From the IMG/VR virus record IMGVR_UViG_3300027797_000011: a stretch of 64,000 nucleotides of DNA; one strand, written 5' to 3'. The position numbers were made by a program, and so were the translations under genes. Below the pieces are notes generated by a model. It did no database searches. It worked only from the letters and a program-made list of their open reading frames with translations, and was not told the DNA's origin. This DNA comes from a virus (lineage: Duplodnaviria; Heunggongvirae; Uroviricota; Caudoviricetes). Of the stretch, positions 63,890 through 64,000 are shown piece by piece (within the stretch, counting starts at the first letter, position 1; the number at the start of each line of letters is the position of its first letter).

Positions 63890-64000
63890 ATATTGAATTT
63901 GTAAGCCTACGCCGCATTTATCGTAGATTTATTCAGGACTTACCGGCCGCCTAGCCTGACCTCGAGCACGATGGATATCACTTGGGATCCATCCAGCGTA

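Noticed and set aside
1-64000. CRISPR arrays, integrase or transposase genes, and T4-type late promoter boxes
   Set aside because: No regularly spaced direct repeats and no recombinase-like ORFs were found. The only notable direct repeat is the 18-bp pair at 51075/51567. The late-promoter octamer TATAAATA was not found upstream of the structural genes by eye.

Overview
This 64-kb window reads as a densely packed accessory region of a large, low-GC dsDNA phage (a myovirus-like genome carrying T4-type replication modules). Almost all genes sit on the minus strand.

Recognisable phage core genes include a gp44-type clamp-loader ATPase, PhoH, MazG, a GroES/gp31-like co-chaperonin, dCMP deaminase, a GH19 endolysin with a spanin-like TM/lipoprotein pair, a 1943-aa adhesin or tail fibre built from cadherin-like repeats, two further fibre-like proteins, and about 20 tRNA genes clustered towards the 3' end.

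Between these is an unusually rich set of host-like genes.
- Proteostasis: ClpA, ClpP, peptide deformylase, DnaJ.
- Fe-S assembly: SufC and SufD.
- Repair and nucleotide metabolism: UV-damage endonuclease, an RNK-NadM NAD salvage fusion, QueD.
- Cell-envelope enzymes: UDP-glucuronate decarboxylase, two glycosyltransferases, two cytidylyltransferases, a cupin, a CE4 deacetylase, an SGNH hydrolase, a DD-carboxypeptidase, an LpxH-like pyrophosphatase, an SPFH lipoprotein, and an OmpX/Lom-like outer-membrane barrel.
- Signalling: a CX5R dual-specificity phosphatase and a calcineurin-like phosphoesterase.

The most notable calls, all read directly from the sequence:
1. A circularly permuted two-piece tmRNA (ssrA) with tag ANDEQFALAA and a G3-U70 tRNA-Ala-like acceptor.
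2. A stand-alone, strongly expressed 24-aa PqqA-type PQQ precursor peptide sitting between two bidirectional terminators.
3. A phage-encoded RNA polymerase omega subunit (RpoZ).
4. A 0.5-kb cassette (small TM peptide plus small GNAT acetyltransferase) bounded by perfect 18-bp direct repeats and abutting the tmRNA.
5. A family of three paralogous class-I tRNAs carrying the leucine anticodons UAA, UAG and CAA but lacking the long variable arm, plus a 108-nt tRNA-like element.
6. A free-standing fragment homologous to the DnaE palm-entry region, and a free-standing malonyl-CoA-decarboxylase-like catalytic domain.

All coordinates and motif calls were made by eye from the sequence and ORF track. 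Database searches and tRNA/tmRNA predictors are needed to confirm them.
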